Shown here: positions 37,501 to 49,979 of the stretch, one piece after another
How the letters are laid out: the number at the start of each line of letters is the position of its first letter
How positions within the stretch are numbered: the stretch's first letter is position 1
Assembly: GCA_003427395.1 (NCBI GenBank)
Contig: BFEA01000036.1
Span: 3,048,364-3,112,363, forward strand
DNA from: Chara braunii
Lineage: Eukaryota > Plantae > Charophyceae
Direction: 5' to 3'
Length of the DNA stretch: 64,000 bases
Translations under genes and position numbers: made by a program
Notes under the pieces: generated by a model
Database searches by the model: none
What the model was told of the DNA's origin: nothing
Seen by the model: the letters and a program-made list of their open reading frames with translations, nothing else

Positions 37501-40500
37501 CTTCGTCTTCATTTCTGATCCTCACAGGAAGTCGTCAGAGTGGATAAAACCATTCTTCTACAATCTTTCCGATGTGTTTGATAAGTACTGTCATCAAGGA
37601 TTGACATCCGAGAGGTGGATCGACCAACGTCGCCATTTCAAAGACATGAATTTGGTGCGAACGTTCCCGGCTACACTTGGAGGAGCGAGAGGAAAAATGA
37701 GAAGAGGGCTCCAAGAAAACAACATCACTTGCTGCGAAGTGCCCCGAAGAGTTCGTGCAGTTTGTCAACAAACTGCTGCGCAGATCAGAAACCAGGGGTT
37801 CGCAAAGCATAAGAATGTTGGGCACAGCGAAATATATACATTTTCAAAAACAGAACGTGAACTCTGTTTTCGTCTCGTTCCAATGGGAACCAAGCGATAT
37901 TTCAGACGAGATGGATTCCAAAGAAATATATAGAGTCGTCAAACATCTGAGTTGCCACACGGCCGTGCTGGATTTGTGTCACCCAACCCCGATAGAGGTG
38001 TGGACTGAAGAAGTCTTTGATGGTCTACGAATATTCATGGAAAAACTGGTTGGTGATTATTGGACACTATTGTGCTTCGTTCCGCGGTCTTGCGAGTTTA
38101 CATTTTTCAAGCGAGTTACAAGTTGGGACATTCACATTCACTTGTCTATTCTAAAGTGGACTCGTCGGCAACAAACGAAGGCGAAGCATTCATATAAGGT
38201 TGCGAACTTGACTTTGGAGGACATAGACAAAATGGTTGTCATCATGTACTCCAACGATGGGGATTATCACCGCAACACTATTCCCTTGCTTGAAGACATT
38301 CCAGCAAGCACTCCAGCTGCAGATCGATCATCAGGCGAGCAGGCGGGTGACTTATCAGCACTTGTGCGCAGAGAGAGAAGGCCAAAGATGTTGCCTGATG
38401 TCGTGGAGAAGAACTTCACGCCCACGAAGTTGAAAATGGCAGGTATGGAGCCAAAGGAGAAATTTGTGTACAAAGGTATGGAAAGGGAGCCAAATGCGAT
38501 GGTGGAGACATTGGAGCATTTTTGTCCTGCGGATGAGGTGGTTGTTTTCCTGGGAAAAGGTCATGCGGCGTTGATTTGGGAGTTGTTAAAGAGTCATCGT
38601 CATTGCATTGTTTTGGAAAGGAAGGGTATGAAGTTCGAGTTTCTCGTTCAATTCGTCAACAGGATGGTCAAGAGTGGAGGTTACTTCACCAAATTGGTTA
38701 AGCTGCCTCCTCGACATGATGAAAAGCGTAATCTCGTCTACAAAGTCGGCCAAAACATCGTCAACATTTGGGAGTTCCTTTTCGAGATTAAGCCACAAAA
38801 CAGAGGGGAACGTGCATATGTCGCCAGAAGGCGAAAAATGAAATCACTTCTGAGGGGGTATCATAAGGCACCGGCGGAGACGGAAGTTGCATTTCTAGAC
38901 CGTTTGGAGATGATGTACTTCGACGAACACATCGGGGCGTTTACAATCGTTGCTTATGCAACTTGTTTTGGGGAAGGCTTTGATGCTGAGGACTCAGAAG
39001 AAGAAAGTGAAGATGGTACTTTGCAAGCGGCTTTGGCAGATGAGAGGCAAAAAACTTGTAGCTCGGCTTCGCAGGAGATGGGTGCGCCGGGCACATCGTC
39101 CGGTTCTGGGGGGGCTTCAAGTATGGCAGTTTCAACGGACCAGTTACCGAATCGTCCCTCAACTTCTTCGCTTATGCAAGTAACACCTTCTTACATGGCG
39201 GGCAACACAACAGCGCTACCTTCCGGCGCAGTTCGGTATGATCCGAGGGTGCAGGCAATGCTCTCCCAAGAGGTTATGGCAAGTCTGTCAGCACTTGCAC
39301 ATAGCCCGACTACTGTTTTGGAATTGCTATGCTCTCAAACTCCTCAACAACCTCCGTCTGAGCCTTTGGAGTACGAGATTGAGGACATGATCCCTCCGGA
39401 CATTGCACGGCTTCCTGGACCTATTGTGTGCCAAGACAATTATACGGTGATGCTTGACAACGTATGGGGTCATCACATTATATGACACCCCCACCACTTC
39501 CAACCTGCATTGGCGAGAGGGAACTGGGTAATGGCTATTAAAGAAGAAGGGGAGTGGCAATTTTGCCTTCACAAATGTATGTCACAATCCACGTTTGTCA
39601 CACACGCCAAAAATCAGATTGGCAAGCGACTACTGCGACTTAATCCGAAGGTTTCTCAATCCAGATTGGATGCAAGGACAGAAGAAATTTTTCAGGAGTT
39701 CAAAACATCTCGATAGCTTGAGTATCTGGAAGAGTTCTATGATCGAGAAACAAGTCAAGCTTTTGGATATAATTGGCGTATTGAAGAGGAACTTCAAGAC
39801 AAAGCTGGGGAAAGGAAAGGAGCGAGCGGCGATGAGAGTGGCAAGGGATCAAGATCAGGCAGCGGTGCGCTTGGCAAGGGAACAAGATCAAGCGGTGGTG
39901 AACATGGAAAGGGATCGGAACCACGGTGCGGTGCCAGTGGCAAGGGTCTGGGACCGAGCGTCGGTGCAAGTGGAAAGTCGATAACTTAAAGTCATGGTGA
40001 ACTGCAAAAACACGAAATGTGTCAAGGGCGTCAAGCAACAGAGGGAAAGGTATTAGGACCAAGTGGCGGTGCACATGACAAGGGATCGGGATTGCCTCTG
40101 GGATCAGGACCAAGCAGCGGTGCACATTGCAGGGGATCGGGTTCGCCTCTGGGATTAGGACCAAGCGGCGGTGCACATGGCAGGCGATCGAGAGGCGATG
40201 CAAGTGGCCAGGATTTAGGAGCAAGCGGCGGTGCAAGCGGCGGTGCAAGCGGTGGTGCAAGCGTCAAGGGCGTAAGTCATGGTGAACTGCCGAAATGTAT
40301 CAAGGAGGTCCTTCCGGATGACCAAGTTTGGGCGACCACTGTGTTGGCGAGCGAGAGTGTTACTGCGCAAGTGGATAATACAAGCGCACTTGCAGAATTA
40401 GAGATGCCATCGTTAGATATGCCAGCCAAGAAAGATGAGCATGAAGTCTCTCTGGACATGAAGAATGAAAGCGCGACTGCAGGTGCAAAGGAAACTGTTA

Positions 40501-40700
40501 GGCCATCGAAGAGGATGAAGGACATATAGTACTAAGTACAAGGGAGCAACATACGCTTGTACAGCCTGAACTTATGATTGCAAAATTAGAAGCACAACAG
40601 TCTGCTAACCTCGTGATATCTATCAACGAATCTCCTTTTACACCATCGCATGGTGCGATAGAAGGTCGTGTTGAAGACAAAGCGTTAGTGAGCCACCGAG
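34537..40700 (+). pseudogene. Very large (~2000 aa) protein: disordered N-terminus, ParB/Srx-like domain (~36400-36850), beta-class amino-MTase-like domain (~37950-38660), conserved C-terminal block
   Basis: Colinear ORFs at 34537, 37034, 37460, 37755, 39510 and 40017 broken by stops and frameshifts; YNQR...YYPLSGQHNVTAARR; TAVLDLCH...LKWTR...EREPNAMVETLEHFCPADEVVVFLGKGHAALIWELLKSHRHCIVLE. Confidence 0.65.
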
Positions 40701-41300
40701 GTGAGCACGTACTTATCTCTAAGGGAATATTACATGCACTCATCTCATAGAAAGTAATTTTTTGACTAGGTTTGCAAACGTACGCTCGGTGATGAGAAGA
40801 AATGAAGTAAAATATTGTGTATCTCTTATTTGCAATTATGTGAAAAATTGAACTTAAACTCATAATGTTTTGTCTTGTCAATCATTGTCGTTTTCTATTG
40901 ATGAACATGTAGGGCGACAAAAAGAACTGTGGAAAACGACACACGTACGTTCACAAAGGCAGAGTGAGAAGAATATTATTCATCATGGCTTGCAAGCCTT
41001 ATCAACTTTGTCGTTATTGCCCAAAAAAGAGAGAAGAAGACTTACACCCATGACATTTCCATCTATGAAGCCACCTGCCCTAAGGATGTTTAAAGTTGTT
41101 GGAATAAGCCTCAGAGAAGGGAAGAAATTGCATCGCGAAGGTTGCAATTTATCTATTGTGGATGGCAGCTCTGATAGCGAAATAGATAGACAACCAAAAA
41201 CATGAACTCGGGTCTACGTTGTACATCACATAACAAAAAGTTCGTTTTTGTATGAAGTCTTAGTCGTTCCATTGTTGTTTATATGTGTGTTTGTATGCAG

Positions 41301-42103
41301 TTCATGACCCTTCGTTCCAGATTCCTTTAGCAACAAAACGCCTCACCGTAGAAGAAAAGGAGTATCTTGACATGATTACAGGCAACAGCGAAGACAATGA
41401 AGCATACGATATTGTCGATTACAAGGGGAGCTGGAAGGTGGGAAAGGAAGACATCATGGTCGTCGTCGAGGATGGGAAATGGTTAAATGACGAAGTCGTC
41501 AATTTGTAGATGTTAGCTGTCCAAATCACCAATGACCACATCAAGGTTGATTCGGCATGTACGGAAGTGACAAGAGATCATGAAAACTCTTAAAGTGTTC
41601 CTTTTGTGTACATTATCAATTCTTTTTTCTTCACTCGATTGTCAGGTCCTTCGAGGTTTGAAACTGCATATTCCGAAGGGATGAAATGAGTGAAGGACAC
41701 AAATCTTTTTTATTATGACTTAGTGATTATCCCTCTACATTTTGGAAATCACTGGGCCTTAGCTTATGTCAGCATAGACGGTCCAAACTGTAAATTCCAC
41801 CTCATAGACTCTCTCCCTCGTGTTGACTATGTTTCAGTCCTCGAACGTTTGGAAGATTTTTTCGAAGTGGAGTTTCATCGACACAATCTTCACGAAAGAT
41901 ATCATGTGGACGGGCCTACATCCTCCTTTTATACATCAGAAGATGGGATTCCTCCTCAAGAGGATTCTTGTAGTTGTGGTGTTTTTATGTTAGGTTTTGC
42001 ATCTTTGCTTGCAAGAGGTCACTTCCCTCCATTTGCTTTCTCACAAGCCAATATTTCTGATATGAGGCTAATAGCATTTGATATTTTGTCCATGGTTAGA
42101 TAG
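41301..42103 (+). pseudogene. Ulp1/SENP-like C48 cysteine protease
   Basis: WLNDEVVN, INSFFF, IIPLHFGNHW, IDSL, PQEDSCSCGVF (His-Asp-Cys triad and oxyanion Gln); several in-frame stops. Confidence 0.9.
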
Positions 42104-42535
42104 GAAAGTCAATGAGGTGCGACTAAAGCTACAGTCCGTAGTTAATATTTTGTTCATGAGATTGACATGTTTACTGAGTGTAAATATTCGAGGAAAAAAC
42201 TTGACATTGTATTTTATTTTGAGCACAAGCAACACGGGAGCATGATTGTTTTGAACTTGTATAATCAATGACTGTCACATTAAATTTTTCCTTCAACTTT
42301 TCATATATGAGCATTGTTTTGTCGTTCCTTCAACTTTGCATTGCTAAGCATTGATATATGAACATTGTTTCGTCCTTATTTTGCTTTGTCGTTATTTCGT
42401 CTATAATTTCCTCATTTCGTTCTGCCATTTTACAGTTTTAAAAAAAAGTGAACATGAAAATAATTTCACTTATAACGAAAACACTGTTTCTATCTATTGA
42501 TACAACGAGATGTTCTCTTTCTTTCTCTCTCTCTC

Positions 42536-42611
<76 letters not shown>

Positions 42612-43799
42612 ACACACACGTGCTTACCTACAAACAACTCTTTAAAGAGAGAAAAAGAGAAGTACCAATACGGAATAGAGAACTATGACTGTGAAATCGA
42701 CTATGAATGAGAGAAGTGAACAAGGAAGGACACACATGCGAAACACCTCATCTTCTGAAACAATAGACATTCCCTTCATTATGGTACGGACAACTTTCGT
42801 CGGGAATAAACGGATGAGTGAATGCCAAGTGCATTTCGACAGAAAGTGCATACATCCATCCCCGTTCTACATCGAGATGCACAACAATACGCACAAGACA
42901 GCCCATGCCTCTCGAAACTCGCAGTTTGTTGTAGACAATAGGAAAGGCCACTATCAGAGGCGCACCGAAATGCCCTAAGAGTCGTATTGCCCTAGTCGGA
43001 AGTCACCGCGGAGGGTGATTGCTTCTCCAAAAGCTCCTGTACGAGGAACGAACCAGCCATTGGGTTCTGATGTACCTGCTCGCCTCCTGCCATCCAGCTT
43101 CAGGCAGAGGCAGCCACCAGGTGTCCTCTACAAACTAAATTTTCCCAGAAGGGAAACAAATCTTTAAGTTCTTGTCGTCATGCCGAGGACAACAAGTCTC
43201 CTTCAAGTGGTTGTTCTGAAGCCGAAAACCAGCGCTCTCCCTAGCGAACATCGGCATAATGCCTCCCGTCGTGGAAGAAAATATGATGCTTGAACTCACG
43301 ATTGAGCGCGTGATAGTTCCATATGAAGCTCGGTGCATACACAGTGATCTTCGCTTTAAACGGTTCGAGAGTGTTCTCCAATGAAAAGCTCCACTTGCCC
43401 ATACCACACCACTTCCCCTCGCCACAAACCAAGGACAAGTTTTTGCAACCTGTGCTCGAGCTCACCATGAAGCTCGACGACTGTGTGACGCACCTTCCCC
43501 ATGCTGAGCGCCCCGGGGCATGGTGAGCGAACTCCACGAACGTATGAGAAAACCCTAAAGTTGAACAACTTTTGCCTCAGCGTGACAGCGTCACATCGAA
43601 TTTTTTTAACCAAACTTATTAAATTTGGTAAAAGATTATTTCAGGGCCAAAAATTCTATTTTTTTCGTTGAATTGTTTTTAGTGAGTTTTCTATGACATG
43701 AGCTACGTGCATATAAATTTTCAAGGCATTTTGTTAAGCCAAACAAAAATGAAAAATCGCCAAAGATAGCGGTGTCAAAATGTGCTCGGCCGCTCAGTT

Positions 43800-44326
43800 T
43801 GTGCAAGGAACCCGACTGTTCACCAGTTGATGGAGTGTTTCACATTGCATGCATGAATACAGATCACACAGATTGTGTAGCCTCACACAAAGCTCAAAGG
43901 AAAATGAGTGGTCGCCAGATAGCGCAATTCAATTATCACAACCAAATTTAATAGAGAGAATCAAAAGTTAAAAAATGTATAGCACCCAACAAAATTACAA
44001 GTCTTCTTCATCAAACGTGAATTCCTGGCCTGACGCACATCAGCGCCAGCAGCCAATCATCATCAATGGCGCTCAACAGGTAAGTAACACCATAGCTTTC
44101 TTCTCTCTCTTCTCTCCTTGTCTTTCTTCTCTTTGTCTCTCTCTAAAGTCCTGGTCTACTCACACTCATCTCGCATGCACACTCTCTATCAAACGAGGAT
44201 CCTAGTCTACTCACACTCATTTCGCATGCACACTCCCTATCACACGAGGATCCACTCTGCATACTACTCACTGGTACTCCTACCACTAATCCATCTGCTG
44301 CTACTAAATTTTGCTAGTGCAGCTAT
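43800..44326 (-). mobile_element. Partial LTR, same family as 57311-58370
   Basis: High similarity to 57311-57780 (CAAGGAACCCGACT...GATAGCGCAATTCAATTATCACAACC...CAGGTAAGTAACACC). Confidence 0.85.
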
Positions 44327-44518
44327 GGACATGTTATTCGTTAAAATATGACATTATATTTTAAATTGGTACTCGCACACTATTAATTTCATGTCTAAAT
44401 CGCTATATTTTTGGACCTGAATGGAACTTAGGAACCGGAAGAATGCAATTGAGAGGTCATAAATTGAATCTAAACTAGAGATTTAAGGCAATCACTTACT
44501 GATCATGATGAATTAAGT

Positions 44519-45225
44519 GTGGATTCCATTGCACTTCCATCAATTTTGTAACTTAAAAGCCATTACGGTTACAACATGAATTGTTGAACTCTCAATTTCT
44601 TTACACCTTGGTCAATTTTGAGTCAGCATTGAGTCGGACCTCTTCTAGATGACATTGTGACTTCCCTTGATTTATTGAAACTCAATAGTGGGACTGTCAC
44701 ACTTACGACAAACAAATGAATGGCTTAAGTACTAATAATCTAGTATGGATTCCGTCGCACTTCGATAATTTTTGCTTTAACTATATTAAATGTATACTAA
44801 TCACGACAAAGTTTAACGAATCACACGATAAATGAATGACACGACAAACGAGATTACGGTTTAAGTACAGTGACTATGGGTTCCATCGCACTTTGATAAT
44901 TTATGTACTTCATACTTATTAAAAGACGTGACACTCAGTCTGTTCGGTGTGATTTAAGGATGGATTCCAACAATGTGACACTTCGATAATTTTGGACTTT
45001 ATCACACTTCGACAATTTATGTGACTTTAAAGACGAAACTGACATGTCACTGTCATACATTGAAATGTGCTTGAATCAGACGTACTACACATGACATGGT
45101 GTGAAGGCGAAACTATATGGTTTATGTATGGATTTCGGTGCACTTTGACAAAAAATCATAAACCGATAAAACATTGTCATATTAAACTGAAATTCATGTG
45201 AGTACCATGGATTCTGTCTCACCTC
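44519..45225. repeat. Dispersed motif ATGGATTCC-N3-GCACTTYGATAATTT, ~6 copies
   Basis: Copies near 44519, 44746, 44876, 44959, 45128 and 45206. Confidence 0.6.
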
Positions 45226-45446
45226 AAGAAATGTCGTACCCATGAAAAATTAAAAGTCAAATATTGTACTGGTAACTAAAGTTCAAAATTATACGCTGGG
45301 TGCAAGAAATCGCAAATGCAACATTGAAGTACGTCTACATTAAACGCTACAAGCCAACTGTACATTGAACTACGTCTAAATTAAACGCTACGAGTCGCAA
45401 CAATGTAAACTTTCTAAGACGTTATCATTTACAAAATTTGAAGTTC

Positions 45447-46364
45447 CTACCAATGTCCCCGCGTCCTTTTAGAACCAAACTCGTATAAGGCATTCATAGA
45501 CGACCCGAAAACAAGGGTTTGTGGTTGTACCTTCGTCGCCACCCTCGAGAACACCGAAATGTACTTCATCCTTTCAAACCTACATGCACCTGCCAAGGAC
45601 TTACCGATGGCGTCACGCACACAACATGTCACTTGCTCTACCTCATGCCACTTATGAACCTTATCAATTCGACTGACAATCTCCAAATCGGATTGTCCGT
45701 TCTCGCACAGAAGGCGCGAATTCCCCATGTTAAGACCATAGATTCCAAGGTTGTTGCAAAAAACTAGCACTACAGCATCTACCAAAGTCCGCTTTCGGTT
45801 TGAACATGCCACACACAACACTCTGCAGAAGTCGAAACCGGCCACAGACAACTGTATGCAACAATATGACACATCTTTTGGCTGTAACCCGGCACCACGC
45901 AGCGGATATACTTCCAAAAACGGATTGTAGGATGCACAGTCCAACAACTCTTCTTTCAAGTCCGCAGACCACACCCGAGGTGACCTCGTTACGTTGTCCA
46001 GGCGAAGGTAAAACCGGTTATTCTCTTCCTGCCTGAGCGTGACGCGCAGGGACGGAAGTTGCCTGACACCAATGGCATAATGAGGTACTTTGATCAGACT
46101 TCCCCACTCCATCGCGGAAGCAAATTTGTAGTCCTTATGCCATGGGTATTTCCTTGCCAAGATGGCTCTATCCCATTCTGCCTCGGACCACGCATCGATA
46201 GGCTTATCAAAGAAGGGGGCGACGGTCATCCACGGGTCGTTTTCGGTATCGCCTCCCAAACCACGGAATCCGCATGCACAAGGGTGAATGGGACATGCAT
46301 AACCATGCCGATGGTCCTTGACTCTTGTCGCACTCCCTAAACAAGACATGAAATGAAAACACAA
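45447..46364 (-). CDS. Uncharacterised ~300-aa protein, paralog of 32694-33605
   Basis: Uninterrupted ORF; aligns end to end by eye. Confidence 0.8.
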   Translation of the reverse strand: MCFHFMSCLGSATRVKDHRHGYACPIHPCACGFRGLGGDTENDPWMTVAPFFDKPIDAWSEAEWDRAILARKYPWHKDYKFASAMEWGSLIKVPHYAIGVRQLPSLRVTLRQEENNRFYLRLDNVTRSPRVWSADLKEELLDCASYNPFLEVYPLRGAGLQPKDVSYCCIQLSVAGFDFCRVLCVACSNRKRTLVDAVVLVFCNNLGIYGLNMGNSRLLCENGQSDLEIVSRIDKVHKWHEVEQVTCCVRDAIGKSLAGACRFERMKYISVFSRVATKVQPQTLVFGSSMNALYEFGSKRTRGHW

Positions 46365-46572
46365 ATGAAAATGAAATGTGGAAATAGTAGAAAAATCGCC
46401 TTCATGATAAACTTAACTTCGGAAATTGCCGAACCATCACCAACCATCTTAAAAAATTTAACCGTGGACCGTGGACAAAATTCGCCACGCAGAATCATCG
46501 CATAAATAATATACGCCCTTCTGAATTCTCGTTCGTCCAAACAATTATTTTCAAAAATCTCACTCCCTCACT

Positions 46573-49517
46573 TTATCCGGCGGACGTGCACTCGTCGCTC
46601 TTGTCCCCTCCATCTGCACTCCCTTCACCAGAAGGACTCAGATCTAGAAGTGCAACTTCAGCATTCAGTCGAACACTGGAGGGAATGACAAGTCCAGTCG
46701 TGAATGGTATTGTACCTCGGACTGGTCTCTTCTAACCAAAAGCGATCGAGTCAGCATCCTGCCATTGTGTCTGCTCAGTCATTTTCCATCGTTTTTCCTA
46801 TGCGTTCTCATACAGTTGTTCGAGCGACTTAGCTCTCCCAGTCGGCACCCAATATTCCACTAGCACTTGATTATAATTCTGCAAATTATAATCAACAACC
46901 ACCCGAGAAAGAGCTTTGCCCACCTAGATTGGCACACCGCTAGACAGATCATCATCGGAGGGGCGAAGGATAAAAAAAGTGCCCACATCAACATGCACGA
47001 GGGGGTCGAAACTAGTCTTCGGACAATTTTTTCTTCGTCAAACAAACAGGGGTTCCCTGTCATCGATGTTAACACTGCGAGGAGAAGGTTGTTGATCGCT
47101 TTCGAGCAGCCGTGGTCGTGGCCAGAAACTTGCTTGAGGTTGTGAGGACAACCCGTTGGGGATGATCTCATCGCCATGTTTGATAACCCCCTTCCAGTAA
47201 CACAAAGTTCTTTCTCTCCTACTCACCTCATGGTCATTGTAAGTGCACCACATCGACCGCCTACTCTCCAGCAACTCGCAGAATCGAACAACACCATTTT
47301 TGTCATTCAAATAGTCATTTCGAGGAAGGGGTTGCACATGAGGCGGGTCAAACGGCCACGAAGAACCTGCATAGCTCTCATCGGGGTTTTGATTAAACCA
47401 ACAAATTGGACCTTCCTCGGGCAACCATTCGTAGTTATCGCAAAACTCCTTGTACAACATGCCCGGATTATCTCCAACCATCAAAAATTTAAGCAAGTGC
47501 GGTTTCGAAATACCGGTAATGTCTGACGCAACGCACGGGTCTACTATACTAATCCAATCTTCCATCATATCGAGGAAAATACATTTGGGAGGCTTTTTGT
47601 GTGATTGCTCTATGAGCTCGAAGAACTCGTCCATAGTATGAGCGTCTATGTCTTTCAATTTCTTCGAGAAAACACTGAAAGTAGCGTCAACGTGTGTATG
47701 GGTGTGTCCCACCGGCATGAAACCTATTTCTACCTCTTTGAAAACTTTGAACTTAACCAACAATGCAGCCATCGCACATATGTACTTGTTCTTGTTTTCC
47801 CGCCAACAGTTATCCGCTTGAATGCGCAAACATCGTGGCAGTGACGTCCCGCTCCCTTGAATTTCGACAAGGGTTCTCATAACACAAGTCGCGACCGTGT
47901 TCGAATCGTGTTTGAAATACGGAAACCACGTGTATACATATACACTATGGTCTCTACCGTGTGCAATGACGCCTGTCAGATTCGTCTTCATCATCATCTC
48001 ATGCCTAAGTGCTTTCGAGTAGTTTGCCTGACCAATATGGGGGATAGTTGTTTTCTTCTGATCCATGCCGTCAATGATGAGACACAAACCCTCGTTCGGA
48101 CGGACCATCGAATCAGTTTTCGCTCGACTATAGTCCAATCTGTGTTCAACTTGCCTCCTTTGGTGAACTTCCATATCCTCTTGAGCTTGTTCTCGATCTC
48201 GAGGAAGAGCAGCATACTGTATACGTTCCTTCAGCTCATGACAAACGACGCACTTCGTGAACGTGTTAGAGTGCGCAAGGAAAACGTGGAAAAAGTATTT
48301 CCGCCACAATTTATAAAAGTTGGACTCAGACACGACAGCGAGGCCAACAACCATAAAGTCTGATTTGATTGACTCATAAATTGATCGCTTCGTAAAAACA
48401 GCCGGGAGTCGAACCTTCGGTCTGGAAACCCCACCTTCGTTAGCCACCTCATTTGGCATGCTATCCACATGACACTTGAGGAACGTTCTAATGCTGGTAA
48501 GCATGGCGACCGTTTTACTGGTTGGCCGATATTTCCCCGCCAGGCCATGCCCGGAACGCACGTAACCATTGTCGAAACGCTTTTTGTAGCTGTAAAATGT
48601 ATTACTGGAGACACCGAGTACATTGCAGTACGCCTTGACGCTCATCGAACGTTCCAACTCCACAGGGCGGACACGTCTCTCTCCACCCTCATTCACTGTG
48701 AAATCCTTAATACTTTTCATCCACCACTCAGCTCGCTCTACCGGACTCTTACTGTACAGTCCTTGTCTAAGCTTTCACACTTCCTCAGGCAACATGTCGT
48801 AACAACATCGAGCCTTGCAACATGTCATGCCTCGTACCATGAGCAGTCTTTTTTCGGACAGCATGTTTCTCGCTCTTTTGTACTGTTCTTTCCTCCTAGC
48901 GTTCCTATTAGCCATGCTCTACGTTCATCTTTCGCCTGGCAAAGGTGCGGGCAAAATCTGCAGTATCGCCTTTCTCTCTGCATCACCCCTGTCAGACGTT
49001 TCTGACACAGACTGACTCTGAATCGGAATCGCATCATCACTTCACACTTGCGTTGGACTCGCCCGTGCTGTGGAAACTTCCTCCAAAGAATGGTCGGTGG
49101 CAACCAACTCCGTACTACCGGAGATAGCGCGGAGCAAAGGTCCACTGGAAGAGGACTGTTGTCCACACGAGTAATCAGTGGGCACCAACTTCTCACTTTC
49201 GTCATCAGATGTTGCGTAAGAAGCACCCATTGGCACGCAAGTGTTGTGCGCCGAAGTTGTGGGGTGCACTCGCCAGGAAAGTGGAACTCGATCCTGGAGG
49301 CAGACGGTTCTTCACCCGCGGACGTTGTCGCCAAATCCGTAGGCATTTGGATGCAACCTCCAAAGCTCTCACAAAAAGCTAAACTTCTTTTTCTGGGAAA
49401 ATCTGCAATGGACTGTTGGAACGGCGAACTGTCCGAAGAGCTCGTCGGGGCCAATTCCAGGTGTTGTAGCTGGCAATGCAAGTCGACGGCTTCTCCAGTT
49501 TTCATATCTTGTTTCAT
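46573..49517 (-). pseudogene. Sola-like (DUF7869-type) DDD transposase 2
   Basis: FTKCVVC, LIIDGMDQKKT, LRIQADNCWRENKNKY, VGHTHTHVDATF; C-terminus continues past stops (VPI*VGK, ENA*EK) in register with transposase 1. Confidence 0.88.
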
Positions 49518-49701
49518 GCGGCCGTTCGCCGAGCCGTCTTTGGCGTCGTCATGTAACCGTCTGTGCAGCGGATGTGATTCTCGTCAGAGAAACCGATTAA
49601 ACTATCCAGTGCGGATTGAACGGGTCATTCGAATTCGTCTCGACACCCTGCAAAACAGCGGAGCAAACTGTAAGCACGATTACTACAGAATAAAGGGCCG
49701 A

Positions 49702-49726
49702 CCCCCCCCCCCCCCCCCCCCCCCAC

Positions 49727-49773
<47 letters not shown>
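49702..49773 (+). repeat. Poly-C tract
   Basis: Direct. Confidence 0.9.
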
Positions 49774-49776
<3 letters not shown>

Positions 49777-49979
49777 ACAGAGCCGACTCCCAGCGCAGCA
49801 GCCGAACAGGGCGAGCTCGTCTGCAGGCGATCACAACCTCTACAGCCAAATTGCCACACATGGAAGGCGGGAATCTTTGTTGTTAATTTGGCGATACGTT
49901 CTTGTTTGTGTTATGCTGCCAGAAGGACGTGTCCTATCAGGAGTTAGACGTGCACAAGGAACGGTTCAACTGTCGCGAA

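Larger units (their letters stand above)
23868..43798. mobile_element. Element 1: giant (up to ~20 kb) multi-gene Sola-like DNA transposon; left end not visible
   Basis: Transposase, ORF303, ParB/MTase-like gene, Ulp1 and palindrome arrays; candidate right terminus at ~43798 resembles 58880-58960; gene set is paralleled in element 2. Confidence 0.65.
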
